The notes below the pieces were generated by a model. The model made no database searches. It had not been told where the DNA came from and was given only the letters and a program-made list of their open reading frames with translations. Below are positions 22,450-34,629 of a stretch of 56,942 nucleotides of DNA, in pieces. The stretch lies in assembly GCA_010093745.1 (NCBI GenBank), contig MU005990.1, positions 124,001-180,942 of the forward strand, written 5' to 3'. Source of the stretch: Piedraia hortae CBS 480.64. Taxonomy: Eukaryota. Numbering within the stretch: the stretch's first letter is position 1; every line of letters starts with the position of its first letter. The position numbers and the translations under genes were made by a program.

Positions 22450-24048
22450 ATGTCCTTGCAAATCGAGCCAGAGAATAAAATGGAGAAAAACCACCTCCGC
22501 CCAGGCCTAGTCCTAACAGCTACGAGCGGTAAGACGTACATGTGCGTCTCTCCACTGGGCCAACCAAACGTATACACCGGTATCGAAACTACATCGTCTT
22601 CCAACCCCACAAATCCAAAAATTGTAATCCTCAAGTCACCAAACCAGACTGAGAAGCCGCCCTATTTGACTTTTCAGAATGAAATCAGGATCCATTCCAT
22701 GTTTCCTGACGCGAAGGGAATAAGGAAGGTGGTTGATTTCGTCCCTTCTTCGTCTGGGCCCGAGGGAGCTGAGGTGAAGGGAACCTCCGATCTCGTAGCA
22801 TCCACACCATCCGACGACCCTTCTGCTCCCTCCTCAGATGGCCCAACACCCCCAATCCTCATCCTAGAGGCCTTCTCGACAACCCTCTGGTCCGCGCGCA
22901 CGACACGACCGCTCACCGACAACGAAATCAAGACCATCGCGCGCGGCATCCTCGAAGGTCTCCGCGAAATCCACGCAAAGGGTTACGTCTACACAGATCT
23001 CAAAATGGAGAACGTTCTGGTCAATAATTTTTCCCCATCCGCGGAGCCTGCTACCCCTGAAGCTGCTTCGCAGCTGGAAGTCAAACTAGGCGACCTTGGT
23101 CTGGTCGAGCCCCCTGCAAAGGGCAAGTCCCAGCCGATCACATACCGTGCGCCAGAGGTGTACTTCAAGTCTGAGCTCAATCGCCCGATCGATATCTGGG
23201 CGTTTGGACTGGTGGTTTGTCATTTGCTTGAGGCGAGGAGCGAGGCTGGGTTCAAGGAGGTCGGCATGTATGATGGTTTGCCATCCGCGTCGGTGAGCAG
23301 TAGGGAGGCGCCCAGTGGTGTCAAGGGGAGCGTTGCTGGGAGGGAACGTGCGGTTATGGAACGGTTGGTGTGTGATTATGATCTAGCGGGCGAGGGACAG
23401 GGGTATTATGGTGATGTGTTGGGGAAGGGGGGACGTAGGGCTGAGACGAAGGAGGCAGAAAATCCGCAGTGGAATCGTCTAGCGGAGCGAGGGCTCAGCG
23501 AGAGAGAGATTGCATTTGTGCAGTGGGTTCTTCAACCTGATCCGACGAAGAGGCCGACTGTTGAGGAAATACTTGCGTGTGAGTGGTTGAATGGGGATGA
23601 GAGGGGGAGGGGATGGGCGGATAGATTGAAGTCGTGGTTTGTGGAGGAGAATGGACAGAAGAGAAGGTCAATGAGTAGGGGAAATAACGGTAAGGGATCT
23701 AGGAGAGGGAGCAGCGGGAAGAGGGAAGCGAAGCAACCTAAGAAGAGGCCCAGTATGACCCTCCTCTGGGGCTCCAAGAAAGAAAAGGAAGCTGACAAGG
23801 AGGATGCCATTGTCGAAGATGCTAATGCCAATGCCAAACCTGGTGCGGAAGAGAATAAAAACGAGGACGCGTTGCCCTCGCCTGCTCCTAACGATCCTTT
23901 GGAGAGTGTTTGTACTCCTACGGAGAAGAGGCGGGATGAAGACGATTCGTTCTTTGATGCTCACGATTCTCACGACAGGGGTCCGCAAATGGCAACGGGC
24001 ATCAGCCCCAACGCTGCAAAGGGGGGGACGTTCTTGTCGTACCATTAA
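22450..24048 (+). CDS. Ser/Thr protein kinase-like protein, divergent
   Basis: VILK, YTDLKMENVLV, KLGDLG, YRAPEV, DIWAFG, DPTKRPTVEEIL. Confidence 0.8.
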   Translation: MSLQIEPENKMEKNHLRPGLVLTATSGKTYMCVSPLGQPNVYTGIETTSSSNPTNPKIVILKSPNQTEKPPYLTFQNEIRIHSMFPDAKGIRKVVDFVPSSSGPEGAEVKGTSDLVASTPSDDPSAPSSDGPTPPILILEAFSTTLWSARTTRPLTDNEIKTIARGILEGLREIHAKGYVYTDLKMENVLVNNFSPSAEPATPEAASQLEVKLGDLGLVEPPAKGKSQPITYRAPEVYFKSELNRPIDIWAFGLVVCHLLEARSEAGFKEVGMYDGLPSASVSSREAPSGVKGSVAGRERAVMERLVCDYDLAGEGQGYYGDVLGKGGRRAETKEAENPQWNRLAERGLSEREIAFVQWVLQPDPTKRPTVEEILACEWLNGDERGRGWADRLKSWFVEENGQKRRSMSRGNNGKGSRRGSSGKREAKQPKKRPSMTLLWGSKKEKEADKEDAIVEDANANAKPGAEENKNEDALPSPAPNDPLESVCTPTEKRRDEDDSFFDAHDSHDRGPQMATGISPNAAKGGTFLSYH

Positions 24049-24655
24049 AAAAGCCCTTCTTAGGGAATGTATACTACCTAAATAATTGTGGTGAATCCCA
24101 TAGATCCAAGACATTCGGCCGAGGTCGGGCGTCACGGCGGTACGGCGTCACGGCGTTCAGCCAAGAACGGAATTAACCTATTTGTGTTTAGCCGGCGTCT
24201 GGTTTTTTTTTTTTTTTTTTCGCGCAGAAACGTCGGTCACGGGTGAACTATTCTTGAATATACGCGGCATCATTTGCCTCCTGTCACTCCTGACTAACAG
24301 ACAATACAGACCCACAAAGACGGTGCAAAGCAAAAACTTCGTCAGTAGAGGGGCCTGCAGACCAATTTGACTGTGTGGCATTTTGACAGCGAAGGTGACA
24401 CCCCTGCAGTCACGTCACTGGCAGCAGCGTCGGCCAATCAGCAGCGGCGGTACCCAAACGCCGCGGGGGTCTTTGGCGCGTGCCAAGCGACGTCGATATT
24501 GAATCGCCCCTACAAAAACGACTCATTGACGGGCTGCTACAGCCAGTTTGACTGCGGTGAATTGTGCGGCGTACCATGCCTGGCTCGAACTGACCTGACG
24601 TGACGCGCTCTGTCCACCGCCAATCACATCGCCTTCACCGCCGCTTCCGCCCTTC

Positions 24656-27493
24656 ATGTTGTCCGCCATGTTGTCCGCCGTCATCGCGGTGCTGATGGCG
24701 GTCGGCTTTGTGGGCCCCGTCGAAGCGGCAGCGCCCAAGGAGCAGATTATCACGTACCAAGGCCCTTCCGGCCAGCCCGTATACCTGCGCGATGACCGTC
24801 AGCCGGCGCTGTTCACGGGCAACTTTGGCGACTGTCTCGGCAACAGCTTAATCAACGTAACGCGCTTTGACGCGGCGTACTACAAGGATAACATGACAGT
24901 TCTCTTCCATCTGGAGGGCAACAGCGGCCTCGCCAACGAGAGTCTGATGATGTTCATCGGCGTGTACGCGTACGGCGAGAACCGCTTCGACCTCACCTTC
25001 AACCCGTGCAACGCCAATATCAACAGTCTGTGCCCGCTGAACCGCAGTGTCCCCGTGGAGGCTGCTGGAATCATCCCTGTTGCGCCTGCCGACGTGGCCA
25101 ACATTCCGCCCATCGCGCTCTCCATCCCCGACTTCGAGGGCGAGGCCATTCTGCGCATCTTTGCCAATAGCACGCAGAGCGAGATTGGCTGCTACTCGGC
25201 CGTCATCACCAACGGCAACTCGTTTGGCCAGCCAAAGGCCGGTGGAACGATACTGGGCGTCTTTACCCTCGTCACCCTGCTCACCTCGTTCGCTACCGCC
25301 ATCTACGGCGATTCCGTGCCTACTATGCGCCTGCACTACGCCCATTCGCTGTCTGTCGGCCTTGTGATTGCCGTCTTCCAGCACATCTACTTTAGCGGAG
25401 CGCTGTCCGTGAACTGGCCCTCGGTGCTGGTCGCCTGGTGGAGCAATTTCGCTTGGGCTGGCGGAATGATCCACAGCTCCAGCATGCAGTCCAGCATCAA
25501 CCGTTTGATTGGTAATAACGTCGGCAACACGTCGCAAGTTGGTGCCGCTTCGGCCGGGTCAACGCAGGAGTCGCTCGGCGGCGGCTACGATATTAGTAAA
25601 ATCTACAAGAGAGCCGTCGATTTGGGCCTCAAGCCGTTCAGCTCCCATCCAATTGCGCGCGACGTGGCCACCGAAATCTACCGCGTTCCCGACGAAATCT
25701 TTTCCAAGCGTCACATTTACCAGCGCGATCTCACCCACGCCATCGCCCGCCGTGGCTTGGCCAATTCGAGCACCGGCTACACTTTCTACGGCCATCCCGT
25801 GGGCAACGGCCTTCCGCTGCCTGGAAACTACTCGGGCTTCGCCGGTACTTTGGCGCCACTAGACATAGGCGCCAGCAACGCCTTCATGACGGGTTTCCTC
25901 TGGCTACTCATTCTCTTTGCCATTCTCGTCGGGGCTATCGTCGCCTTCAAGTTCGCGCTTGAGGGTCTCGCCGGTGCCAAGATGATCAAGCAGGATCGTT
26001 TGCGCTTTTTCCGCCAGCACTGGGTGCAGTACACCGTCGCTCTTGCCCTGAGAACCTGGTATCTGGCCCTGTTCATGATGATGTTTCTGACCATCTTCCA
26101 ATTCACCTACTCTTCCTCGGGCGCGGTGAAGGGAATCGCGGCAATCGTCTTTGCCCTTTACCTTGTTGGCGCAGCAGCTGCGGCGGCATTTGCCTGTCTT
26201 GCCAAGTCCCATTCCGACGTTGCACACGGCGGCAAGCGCAAAGGGAATGGACTGTTTTCGTTTGGCAAAAAGGCGGCCGCCCCCATGGATTCGGAAAACG
26301 GTCGCGCCGCCGACAAGCTGCAGGACAACATCCACGATAACGAAAAGTACATTATGAAGTACGGCTGGTTAATGGCCAGGCTCAGACGCAGTCGGTGGTG
26401 GTTCTTCAATTTCTGGATTCCCTACGAACTTCTCCGCGCCATCTTCTACGGCGGTGCATCGGGCTACCCGATTGCTCAAGTCTTTGGGCTGCTCGCCATC
26501 GAGACGGTCGCCTTCATATACCTCATTTGGAAGCGGCCGTTTGAAAGCCGGCGACTGAACGTCCTTGTCGTCTACTGCCTTGGCTTCAGCAAGTTCGCCT
26601 CCGTTGCCCTGTCGGCTGCCTTCTACACCCCGTTCAGCCTGCCGCGCATCACAACGACCGTGATCGGCATCGTCATCATTGTCATCCAGGGCGTCTTGAC
26701 CATCATAACCATGATCGCCGTCGTCTCCGGCGCCGTCTCCAGCTACCTATCTCTCACCCGCAACGTTGAGAACTTCCGGCCAAAAGGGTGGGTAGACATG
26801 CGGGAGAAGTACTTTGACCACCTCGACCGCGTTGCCGACGATCTTCCACGGTCGCCGAAGCAGAAGAAACCCAAGGCTGAAACGCCGCAAGAAGTAAAAG
26901 AAGGGTTCGAGATGAAGAGCGTAAGACGAATGGATAAGATTGAGGATGGCGACGAGGAGGATTGGCCGCAGGATCCATCGACATCCAGCGTCCACCTCAT
27001 AAAGCCAGAGCCGGCCAAGTCAGCCGACCACCAGCAGGCTCGCGCTCCGAGCCTTCGCAGCGTCAGCTCCAACTTACCTTATGGTGCCCGCTTGCACAAA
27101 CCAAGCTGGAGTACCAAAGACTTTGTTAGTCCCGGTACCTCTCTCTACGAGCGGGACAACACCCCATCCTCGTCAGCCGTCACCTCTCCTCGTGACTCCA
27201 CCATCGGCCCGCCCGTGCGAAGCGTCACGCTCCCTGCCTCTCAACTCCGCACCTCCCTAATAGATGCCAGTAGCAGCACCCTTAATTTTGGCGGCCTCAG
27301 CACGCGAGACACAATTGGCATCGTGCCGGCGCCCACCATCCGCCCCCGCTCGGGTACGATGCCTTCGATTCGGAGCCCGCCCCCAGACGATGTTGCCGAA
27401 CGGCAAGACTCGCAACGGTTACGCGGCCGGACCCTTCTAACCCCTGCTCTAGAGCAGGATGAGCTCTCCAGACCTTCGTCAAGACAGCAATGA
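24656..27493 (+). CDS. FLC/PKD2-like TRP-family membrane protein (ML-like TRP_N plus TRP domain)
   Basis: Signal peptide, N-terminal ML-like domain (CP...IPDFEG.A.LRIF), NWPSVLVAWWSNFAWAGGMI, many TM segments, KYGWL..R.RRSRWWFF. Confidence 0.88.
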   Translation: MLSAMLSAVIAVLMAVGFVGPVEAAAPKEQIITYQGPSGQPVYLRDDRQPALFTGNFGDCLGNSLINVTRFDAAYYKDNMTVLFHLEGNSGLANESLMMFIGVYAYGENRFDLTFNPCNANINSLCPLNRSVPVEAAGIIPVAPADVANIPPIALSIPDFEGEAILRIFANSTQSEIGCYSAVITNGNSFGQPKAGGTILGVFTLVTLLTSFATAIYGDSVPTMRLHYAHSLSVGLVIAVFQHIYFSGALSVNWPSVLVAWWSNFAWAGGMIHSSSMQSSINRLIGNNVGNTSQVGAASAGSTQESLGGGYDISKIYKRAVDLGLKPFSSHPIARDVATEIYRVPDEIFSKRHIYQRDLTHAIARRGLANSSTGYTFYGHPVGNGLPLPGNYSGFAGTLAPLDIGASNAFMTGFLWLLILFAILVGAIVAFKFALEGLAGAKMIKQDRLRFFRQHWVQYTVALALRTWYLALFMMMFLTIFQFTYSSSGAVKGIAAIVFALYLVGAAAAAAFACLAKSHSDVAHGGKRKGNGLFSFGKKAAAPMDSENGRAADKLQDNIHDNEKYIMKYGWLMARLRRSRWWFFNFWIPYELLRAIFYGGASGYPIAQVFGLLAIETVAFIYLIWKRPFESRRLNVLVVYCLGFSKFASVALSAAFYTPFSLPRITTTVIGIVIIVIQGVLTIITMIAVVSGAVSSYLSLTRNVENFRPKGWVDMREKYFDHLDRVADDLPRSPKQKKPKAETPQEVKEGFEMKSVRRMDKIEDGDEEDWPQDPSTSSVHLIKPEPAKSADHQQARAPSLRSVSSNLPYGARLHKPSWSTKDFVSPGTSLYERDNTPSSSAVTSPRDSTIGPPVRSVTLPASQLRTSLIDASSSTLNFGGLSTRDTIGIVPAPTIRPRSGTMPSIRSPPPDDVAERQDSQRLRGRTLLTPALEQDELSRPSSRQQ

Positions 27494-28599
27494 AAGGAAA
27501 AATGTACACAAGACTTTAAAAAATACAGGAGTTAATTCATAATGGGTAGAGAAACGATACCAATGTTTTTTACGTCTGATTGGCATTTGTAGACTTTTCA
27601 TTCTTTGATGTTATCAGGATATCTTTACCCGTTGTGACTGCGTATCTCGTTGAAGGGGGTTACTGTGTAGGTTCACGCATGGTGGCCGTAGGCTCTTCCA
27701 AAAAGTAATTGTGCCCCAAGATCTAATAACCCGTCGTGAAGAAAACAGCCAATCGCAATACACCTGATCGCCAGATTTCTCCTCTCGTTCTCAACGGTCT
27801 CTTCTCTCCAAATCATAACCGGCGATTGGTGGATGACAAACCAAGTGGGGCGTCGCTTGGCACACCCACACTGCAACCGATTTGCTATTTCTTTCAGGCC
27901 AACAATGGGGCGTCTCGTGGTGCCTGACGCACCATGAGCAGAGCCGGACGCGCGGAAAGCAGAATAGCCCGCCCTCTCACAAGTGCGTTGTCACGCGCTC
28001 GCGTCAGACCGTCATAGTGGCAAGGTGGCATATGACACGGACACTCCGATCGGGACGCAAGGGAAATTGAAGGTGTTGGTCAATGGCAAGTGGCAAGCGT
28101 CTTGAATGTACACGCGCTAAGGAGGGTTTCAGTGGATGGTGGGGCATCGAGCTGGAAGAAACGTCTGTGAGTGGAGAATTGAATGGGAAGGATGGGAAGG
28201 GGAACTCGGAGTTCGCTGATGACCTGGCGATGCTGTTTGACGTTGACTCGTTTACCGGCTGTTTTGCTCGCGGTTCGTTACTTCCGCGGCCCTTTGCAAT
28301 GACGACGTGCGTACGACTACGTGTTCACCCTGTCTCTGTTGGGGTTGACGCTCGGCAATCAAATGGACAAGATGGCAAGCATTTGTAGCAAACTTTAGAC
28401 GGGGCGTTTGAAACAGTCAACCCTATGTCAAGCGAAAAAAAAAAAAAAAAAAAGAGAGGAAAAAAACAGGAATAAAAAAACTCAGATGCGGACCTTTACC
28501 GTGACAGATGAAATCGAGCAGGCAGCTTTGACGAGGCTTTACGCCGACAAAATACGAAGACGCTCGTTCTAAAAGTGCTCGAGGGTCAGTGACGGCGGC

Positions 28600-30150
28600 T
28601 CGAGTGGCTTTGACCATCCACAAAATCAAGAAAGAGCTCTCAAAGCCTCACATTTGTTATAGCTACCAACCAAATTTGGCGGGCCCTGTTCAAACGCCTG
28701 GAGCCAGGATTCACCGTCCCAAACGTCCGGCAGCTTGCTGGGCTGATCCTCGACCGGTCCTATAAGACGACCCGCAAGGGGGCGGAGAAACAGTGGACAA
28801 GCTCCCAAGGGAAGACCCGCCTCACTTTGACAACCGACACTTGGACGAATGGCCGTGCTGAGCATTTGGGCAACTACATGCCGGTAACTCCAAACGGCCG
28901 GTCGTTTTTCTATGGAGCAATTCCTTCAGGCGTGAACAAGCACTCGGGCGAATACCTTTGCGTCGAGGTGGGGCCAGAGAAGACCAACGCCATAAGCACT
29001 GACACGGCCTTGAACATCCTAAAAGCTATCAGGTTGGTCCGCATTCAGCACTCGCTCGTCTACCTGATTGGATGCAATTCCCACCAATTCGACCTGCTTA
29101 TTAAGGACATTTTGAAACTGCCAGCATTGTCCCACTGGCTTACACAGATTGCAAAGTTCTTCCGCGCCCATCAAGTACACTTGGCGGAGCTCAAACTGCA
29201 ACAGGTTGCGACTTTGGGCAAAAAAGAAAGAAAAAAAAAAAAAAAAAACCTGGCTCTGCCGGTGAAGATGGGTGGCAATCAGAAGTTCGTTTGCAATCTG
29301 TCGTCGGGAACTTCATGGGTCCGGTGCCGTGTTCAAAACGGTGGCAAGAGATCTGTTTTTCTCTTAGAACCTAATGCACTGGACCGACTGGCCGATGTAT
29401 ACATCACCGTGCAGTCCCCAGCAAGTGAATGTCCTCTTCTTGGTTTCACTACAAGTTCTCTGCGTCGCATTCGATTTTATCGTTGGACTTGGTGTAGGTA
29501 CTTGGGAAAGAACCTGTTCACCTATGCGAGAAGACAGCCCTAGGGCGATTCGAAAATTCGAAGAAACTGCGGCGATCATTAGCATGGAGAGTGACAGCCC
29601 TAAACTTTCTCATATTTTTAACAATTTCCGCTTTGTGAGCCAGGCGGCTTGCAATGAGTGCTCCACGCCGGCAGAGAAACAGGCTGTAGAGCAAATATTG
29701 ACCAAAAGGTGGAACGAGATACAGTCTGTGCCAGTGCTCCTGGCAGCGTCTCTGAACCCAGGAGTACCGAAGGAGAGTGCCGTCCCCGCCTTGACAAAGC
29801 GCTTACCAAGTGCATAGGGGCTTGGCTGCACAAGAGGTTCGACGAGGCGAAGGCTAAGAAGGTGTACCGGCAATTCTAGGAGTACGTGGGCCGTATTGGC
29901 GCATATGCCGACCCAATCATCTGGTGTGCAACCAACATTGGCCCACTGAATTGGTGGGCAATGCATGCCGACGATGAGCTTTGCGAGTTGGCGTTGGAGA
30001 TCCTTTTGATCTCGCAAACCTCGGGCGCTTCCGAAACTGGTCAACTTTCGCCGAAACCACTCAGGGGCATGCAACAGAGCTGCCTTGCGTTCATCCAATG
30101 CAAACCCCGAAACCCTCTGCAAACGACACGGCCCAAAGCTGGTGTGCATA
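28600..30150 (+). mobile_element. Degenerate hAT transposase (DUF659-like core plus C-terminal dimerisation domain)
   Basis: LFKRLEPGFTVPNVRQLAGLILD, LTLTTDTWTN (first D), KHSGEYL, IGCNSHQFDLLIKDI (CxxH), KRWNE...AASLNP, PLNWW...LALEILLISQTSGASE/RNWSTF. Broken by frameshifts, stops and poly-A runs. Confidence 0.85.
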
Positions 30151-30964
30151 CACAGTAGCTACTGCTATCAAAGGACCCGAGACTGGTCGTGTTGAGGCCA
30201 AGGTAGAAATATCGTGCTGGAAATGATCACCCGGCACCACAACGAGCACTCCATGATCTCAGACCCTAATGGGATGTCTTCGCTCCGCGGCAGCCATCCA
30301 TCGCGAAGCAACATCGGAGATGTATCGCTCGTGCCGGGCATAGTTTGTGGACATGTAGGCATACCTCTGGACGAATTGGTACCGGCCAGAAAAAGGGTTG
30401 CTTTTCGACGCTAAAGACCACAATGATAGTGGAATCTTACCGGCGTCTATAGAAACATGGCTTCCTGCGGGCCAAAAATGGATCTGATCGTATACATCCT
30501 CATCGACAAGATGATGATAGGGAGGATGCATGCTTTGCTAAGCGGGAGCATGGATTACGCTCCTGGGAGATGGCGTGTGGCTTAACGGAGTGGGTGGATG
30601 AGACCTGCAACAAAATGGGAAGTAGGAGCATCTACTCTGCTGCGATGCAGGCTCTCAATCCCCGCAACGTCTTAGTATATCCACGGTTGCGGTTAAGGTC
30701 GGCCCTCCTTCACATCCCGGTCAGACAGCACCGCGTTTTGGTGGAAAAGCCACTTGGGTTCAGGGGGTTGTTGGGAGTGCTAGACGAGAGATGGCTGATG
30801 CTGAAGCGATTTATATATATTTCTGATCTGCATTTATTCTGCTCGTTAACCTCTCCATCTTCTTTTTTCTCAATCTCTAAACCGAGGGATGGTAGCCGTT
30901 GCTATCTCAGACCAAGTTATTTCAAATTTGGGAAGAATTAATGAAACTTAGTCGAAGCCTAATG

Positions 30965-31051
30965 CTGTGGGAAACTCGACTAAAATCTCGACTATATTTC
31001 CCAGATCGTAGTTGTGACCACTGTGGAAGACACGACTAGAATCTCGACTAT
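30965..31051. repeat. Imperfect 31-bp direct repeat containing CTCGACTA motifs
   Basis: CTGTGGGAAACTCGACTAAAATCTCGACTAT (30965-30995) and CTGTGGAAGACACGACTAGAATCTCGACTAT (31021-31051). Confidence 0.7.
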
Positions 31052-31124
31052 GATCGAGGGGTTTTTGCAACCCCCATTTGCGCGCGGTTTAGACGTAACT
31101 GAGCTCGAGAAAAGTGTACTGGGC

Positions 31125-31296
31125 TTTAGTTTAGCGTAATTTAGTGCGATTAGAGCGTGATGGTTGTAAATTAGGCGAAATCAAGCGCAAATTGGAAATA
31201 ATACAGCGCATATAGGGTATAGCAGTGTAAGTTGAGCAAAACTTAGCGCAAAGTAAGCGTACTGAGAGTAAGTTGGGCGTAAGCTGAGCAAACTGG
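31125..31296. repeat. Degenerate ~10-11 bp periodic repeat (approximately TTAGCGYAA)
   Basis: Units such as ttagcgtaat, ttagtgcgat, tcaagcgcaa, acttagcgca and aagtaagcgt recur in register. Confidence 0.55.
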
Positions 31297-32954
31297 TTCA
31301 ACGAGGATATCTGTCTGCCCCAGGCAGTCGGCCAGAAAACCAAGATGGTCGAAAAATTGACGTGGAAGAGGTGCGGTCGGAAGGGGGACCGAAGGCAAGA
31401 ACGGGGAGTGAAAGAGTCTGGGGGGATCGGCTTTCGCGTGGTGCAACCCCTCGCCGTCTATCGCCCATTAGGGTCTAGACCTAAGCTCATTAGGAGCTAT
31501 GACCCATCCATAGACGTAAAATGAAAAACAAACAAACAAAACAAGCAAATAGGTGAGCAAGCTTCCTGGTTGGGAAGTCCACCAAGACGCAGGAAAAATC
31601 TACCCACACCTTTATCAAGCCTTCCTAAGAATGTTACTACATGAATATCCAACTGCCTCTCACAGCTCCAGACCCAATATGTACGTACGGAAGCCTTTGC
31701 TGTTTCTCAGTAACCTCACTAGGACCTTCTTGATTCACTTTCTGAGGCTCGTATAAAGGGCATCCCACTTGGTCAAGGAGATCGTTTTATCCGCAAACCC
31801 AGCAATCGAGGACCGCCGGATCTCTTCATGACGAACAGCAATGAGGCATATCGAGGATAGCTACCAGTCAAAGCGTGCCCTAGCCACTGAAAAGCTGGCA
31901 CGCGCTGCTAGCCCCGTTCACTTCTAGTTAAAGGGGACGAACTGATAGTGTGAGTACACTAAGACGTGAATAATTGTATAGTTATATATACTGCATTATG
32001 GTCATCACGTGACACATCCTTCAACTCTTCTGGTCTTCCGTGATGTCTTCTTCGCGGGTTTGTTCTTTGTCATGGTCTGGACTGTAGGAAAGAGTCAGCA
32101 ACTATGTGTAGCTGAGTCGATACACTTTGCTTTTATTTGGTTGTGTTCGTCAACAGGACGGGGCAGACGAAGCTGACGGCCTGCCATCGCATATGGGGTT
32201 TCCTCGCGTTAAGGAGTGTCCATGGCTTGGATGCGTGCAGGATGGAATAAAGTTTGCAAGTGCTTTTAGATTGATGCGCTTGCGAACTGCTTTCTAAACG
32301 CGCAAGCAACTTGTAGGGCCGTCCGGTTGTATAGTCAGAAGCCATAGCTTTGGGGTTCACCAGCCGGCTTGCCTACGTGGGTTGCACCGGCTTCCCATTT
32401 ACCTCATGAACGAAGGTTTTTCTTGGGACAACGTCACACCACTGCGTGATGTTGGCGAATGCTGCCTACTGCCTGTAAAGGGGTGTCTTGGTTCGGGTGT
32501 TGTTTGCAAAGCTGTGGAGAAATCTGAGGAGTGGGATATTTTTCTTGACTCAGCCACCTGATGGAAAGCACCAGGTCAAAAAGCTGCGACAAGATATATC
32601 ACCTATCATATGATATCTCTTTTTCCCGTACCACTCAGTGCAAGAAAATCATCTACTCGGTTTCAAGCCTCTGGGCTGACAAAGGGACGACCAGTTACGT
32701 AAAACTGATCTTTATTATCAATGATATAAAAGGCTGCTACGTTGATTAACCAGTGGGAGTATACTCTCTCAATGTCTAGCGAGCAAGTTAGGTAGTACAC
32801 ATACTGTACCCGACACCGAAAACCCACAGCTCCTCTCGGCAGGCATTGTGGTGTATCGAACTTTGACAGGTGCGGGGCCCTAGACCCCAGCCCCGGCCAA
32901 TCAGACACCATCTCTTTAATCGCCGCCCGCGCAAAAGAGAACGCACCGAGCAAG

Positions 32955-34629
32955 ATGGCCATGCACCCAACGCGACAAGCGTATGTGGCCAAGGAGGAAG
33001 AGGAAGAGGTACTTAACCCCATCGCCCTTCTCCGGGGGTAATCGCTAACACATCCGCCCATCAGGATGTAGGCGTGGACATCAGCTCAATACGTACGGTC
33101 AGCTTCTCGCCCGAGGGACACTTGAGGGAACTAACAAAGGCACAGCCGTCGACTATAACTACAAAATCCAGTCCGCGGCATCCGGGCTCCAGTCGAAACA
33201 AGCATCGGCGGTGCTGAATGAATTTGCGCGCAAGCGAAAGGCCGCCGCGCTTGCAGTACCGACCGATGACAAGCGCGTGCGCACAGAGCTCCAGGCTCGT
33301 GGTGAACCACAGACGCTCTTTGGGGAGAGACCGGAAGACCGACGTAATCGTCTGCGGGAAATTCTTTATCTGGAACAGGAAGAGGGCGGCGATGGTGGAG
33401 TTGCGGGCGAGGTACGCGCAGACGAGGGCGAAGAGGAAGAAGGGGAATTTTACACAGAAGGAAGCCAGGCGTTGTTACAGGCGAGAAGGGAAATGGCGAG
33501 ATACAGCCTGCCAAAGGCGAAGAAGAGGATAGCGCTGCAAAGGCTGGAAAGCAGAATACCCGTACAGACTCATGTTGAGCATAGGGCGAGGATAAAAGAG
33601 AAGCTCTCTGGCTTCGAGCTCTACGGCAGTCAGATTGTCAGCGAGCGGCCGCTGAGCATTGTTCGATTTGCGCCCAACGGAAACGTGGCAGCAGTGGGAG
33701 ATTGGGGAGGGAACATCAAGCTGCTGGATGTGCCGAATATGGAAGAGACGATGTTACTGAGGGGACATAGGCAACATATAGGTGGGCTGTCGTGGTATCC
33801 GGGGGCCACGCTGCCAGAGTCAGGTGTGACTGCGGACAACGTGAATCTCGCGTCGTCTGGAGCTGACTGCGCCGTTTATCTCTGGTCACGCACGCAGGAT
33901 ACGCCGGTTGCTTCGCTGTCCGGACATTCGGCGCGTGTCTGCCGGACAGAGTTTCACCCATCGGGCAGATACCTCGCCTCGGCTTCATACGATACGACGT
34001 GGAGGCTGTGGGATGTCGAGACAACCACGGAGCTGCTGTTCCAGGAGGGCCACTCGAAGGAGGTATACACTGTCAGCTTCAATGGCGATGGCAGCCTCAT
34101 AGCGTCAGCAGGGTTAGACAGCATCGGGAGGGTGTGGGACTTGCGGACAGGGCGAACGGTCATGCTGCTCGAAGGCCACATTGCGCCAATCCATGGTCTT
34201 GACTGGGGCACTGACAGCACCAGGGTGCTTACGGGGAGCAATGACGGCCTGGTGAAGTGCTGGGACTTGCGCACCGTGCGGGAGACAACCAACATTGGAG
34301 CTCATCAAAACGGCGTCTGCGATGTGCGCTGGTTCAAAGATTCACAACCTGGCTCTGCCAAGGATATCATTATGACAGACAGCAACGATGCAAACAATGA
34401 CTCTATTCCCGAGCCGAAGGTCGCTGGGACTTTCTTGGTCACTGCGGGCTTCGACAAGAAAGTCAACATTTGGTCTGCTGATGACTGGGCGCTGTGCAAG
34501 TGCTTGATTGGACACGATGGCGCTGTGCTCGCCACAGATGTTACAAGCGATGCAAAGTGGATAGCCAGTTGTGGCCGTGATAGGACGCTAAAGCTGTGGT
34601 CTAGGGCAGACGGGGAAGGGTTAGGTTAG
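32955..34629 (+). CDS. PRP4: U4/U6 snRNP WD40 protein Prp4; exons 32955-33008, 33065-33092, 33146-34629
   Basis: MHPTRQAYV N-terminus, PRP4 motif (VPTDD.RVR..L.A.GEP.TLFGE.PEDRR.RL), WD40 repeats (FHPSGRYLASASYDTTWRLWD, LFQEGHSKEVY). Two canonical introns. Confidence 0.95.

Noticed and set aside
31006..31023. Possible right hAT TIR (CAGTGGTCACAAC on the minus strand)
   Set aside because: No matching left TIR or 8-bp TSD was found, and the adjacent repeat extends past it.
31553..31860. Possible spliced small gene (GTACGT...TAAC...CTAG intron-like segment)
   Set aside because: No frame gives an uninterrupted, recognisable product.
31873..31927. Helitron-like 3' end (GCGTGCC...GGCACGC near CTAG)
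   Set aside because: Loop and spacing are atypical, and there is no Rep/helicase remnant or 5' end.
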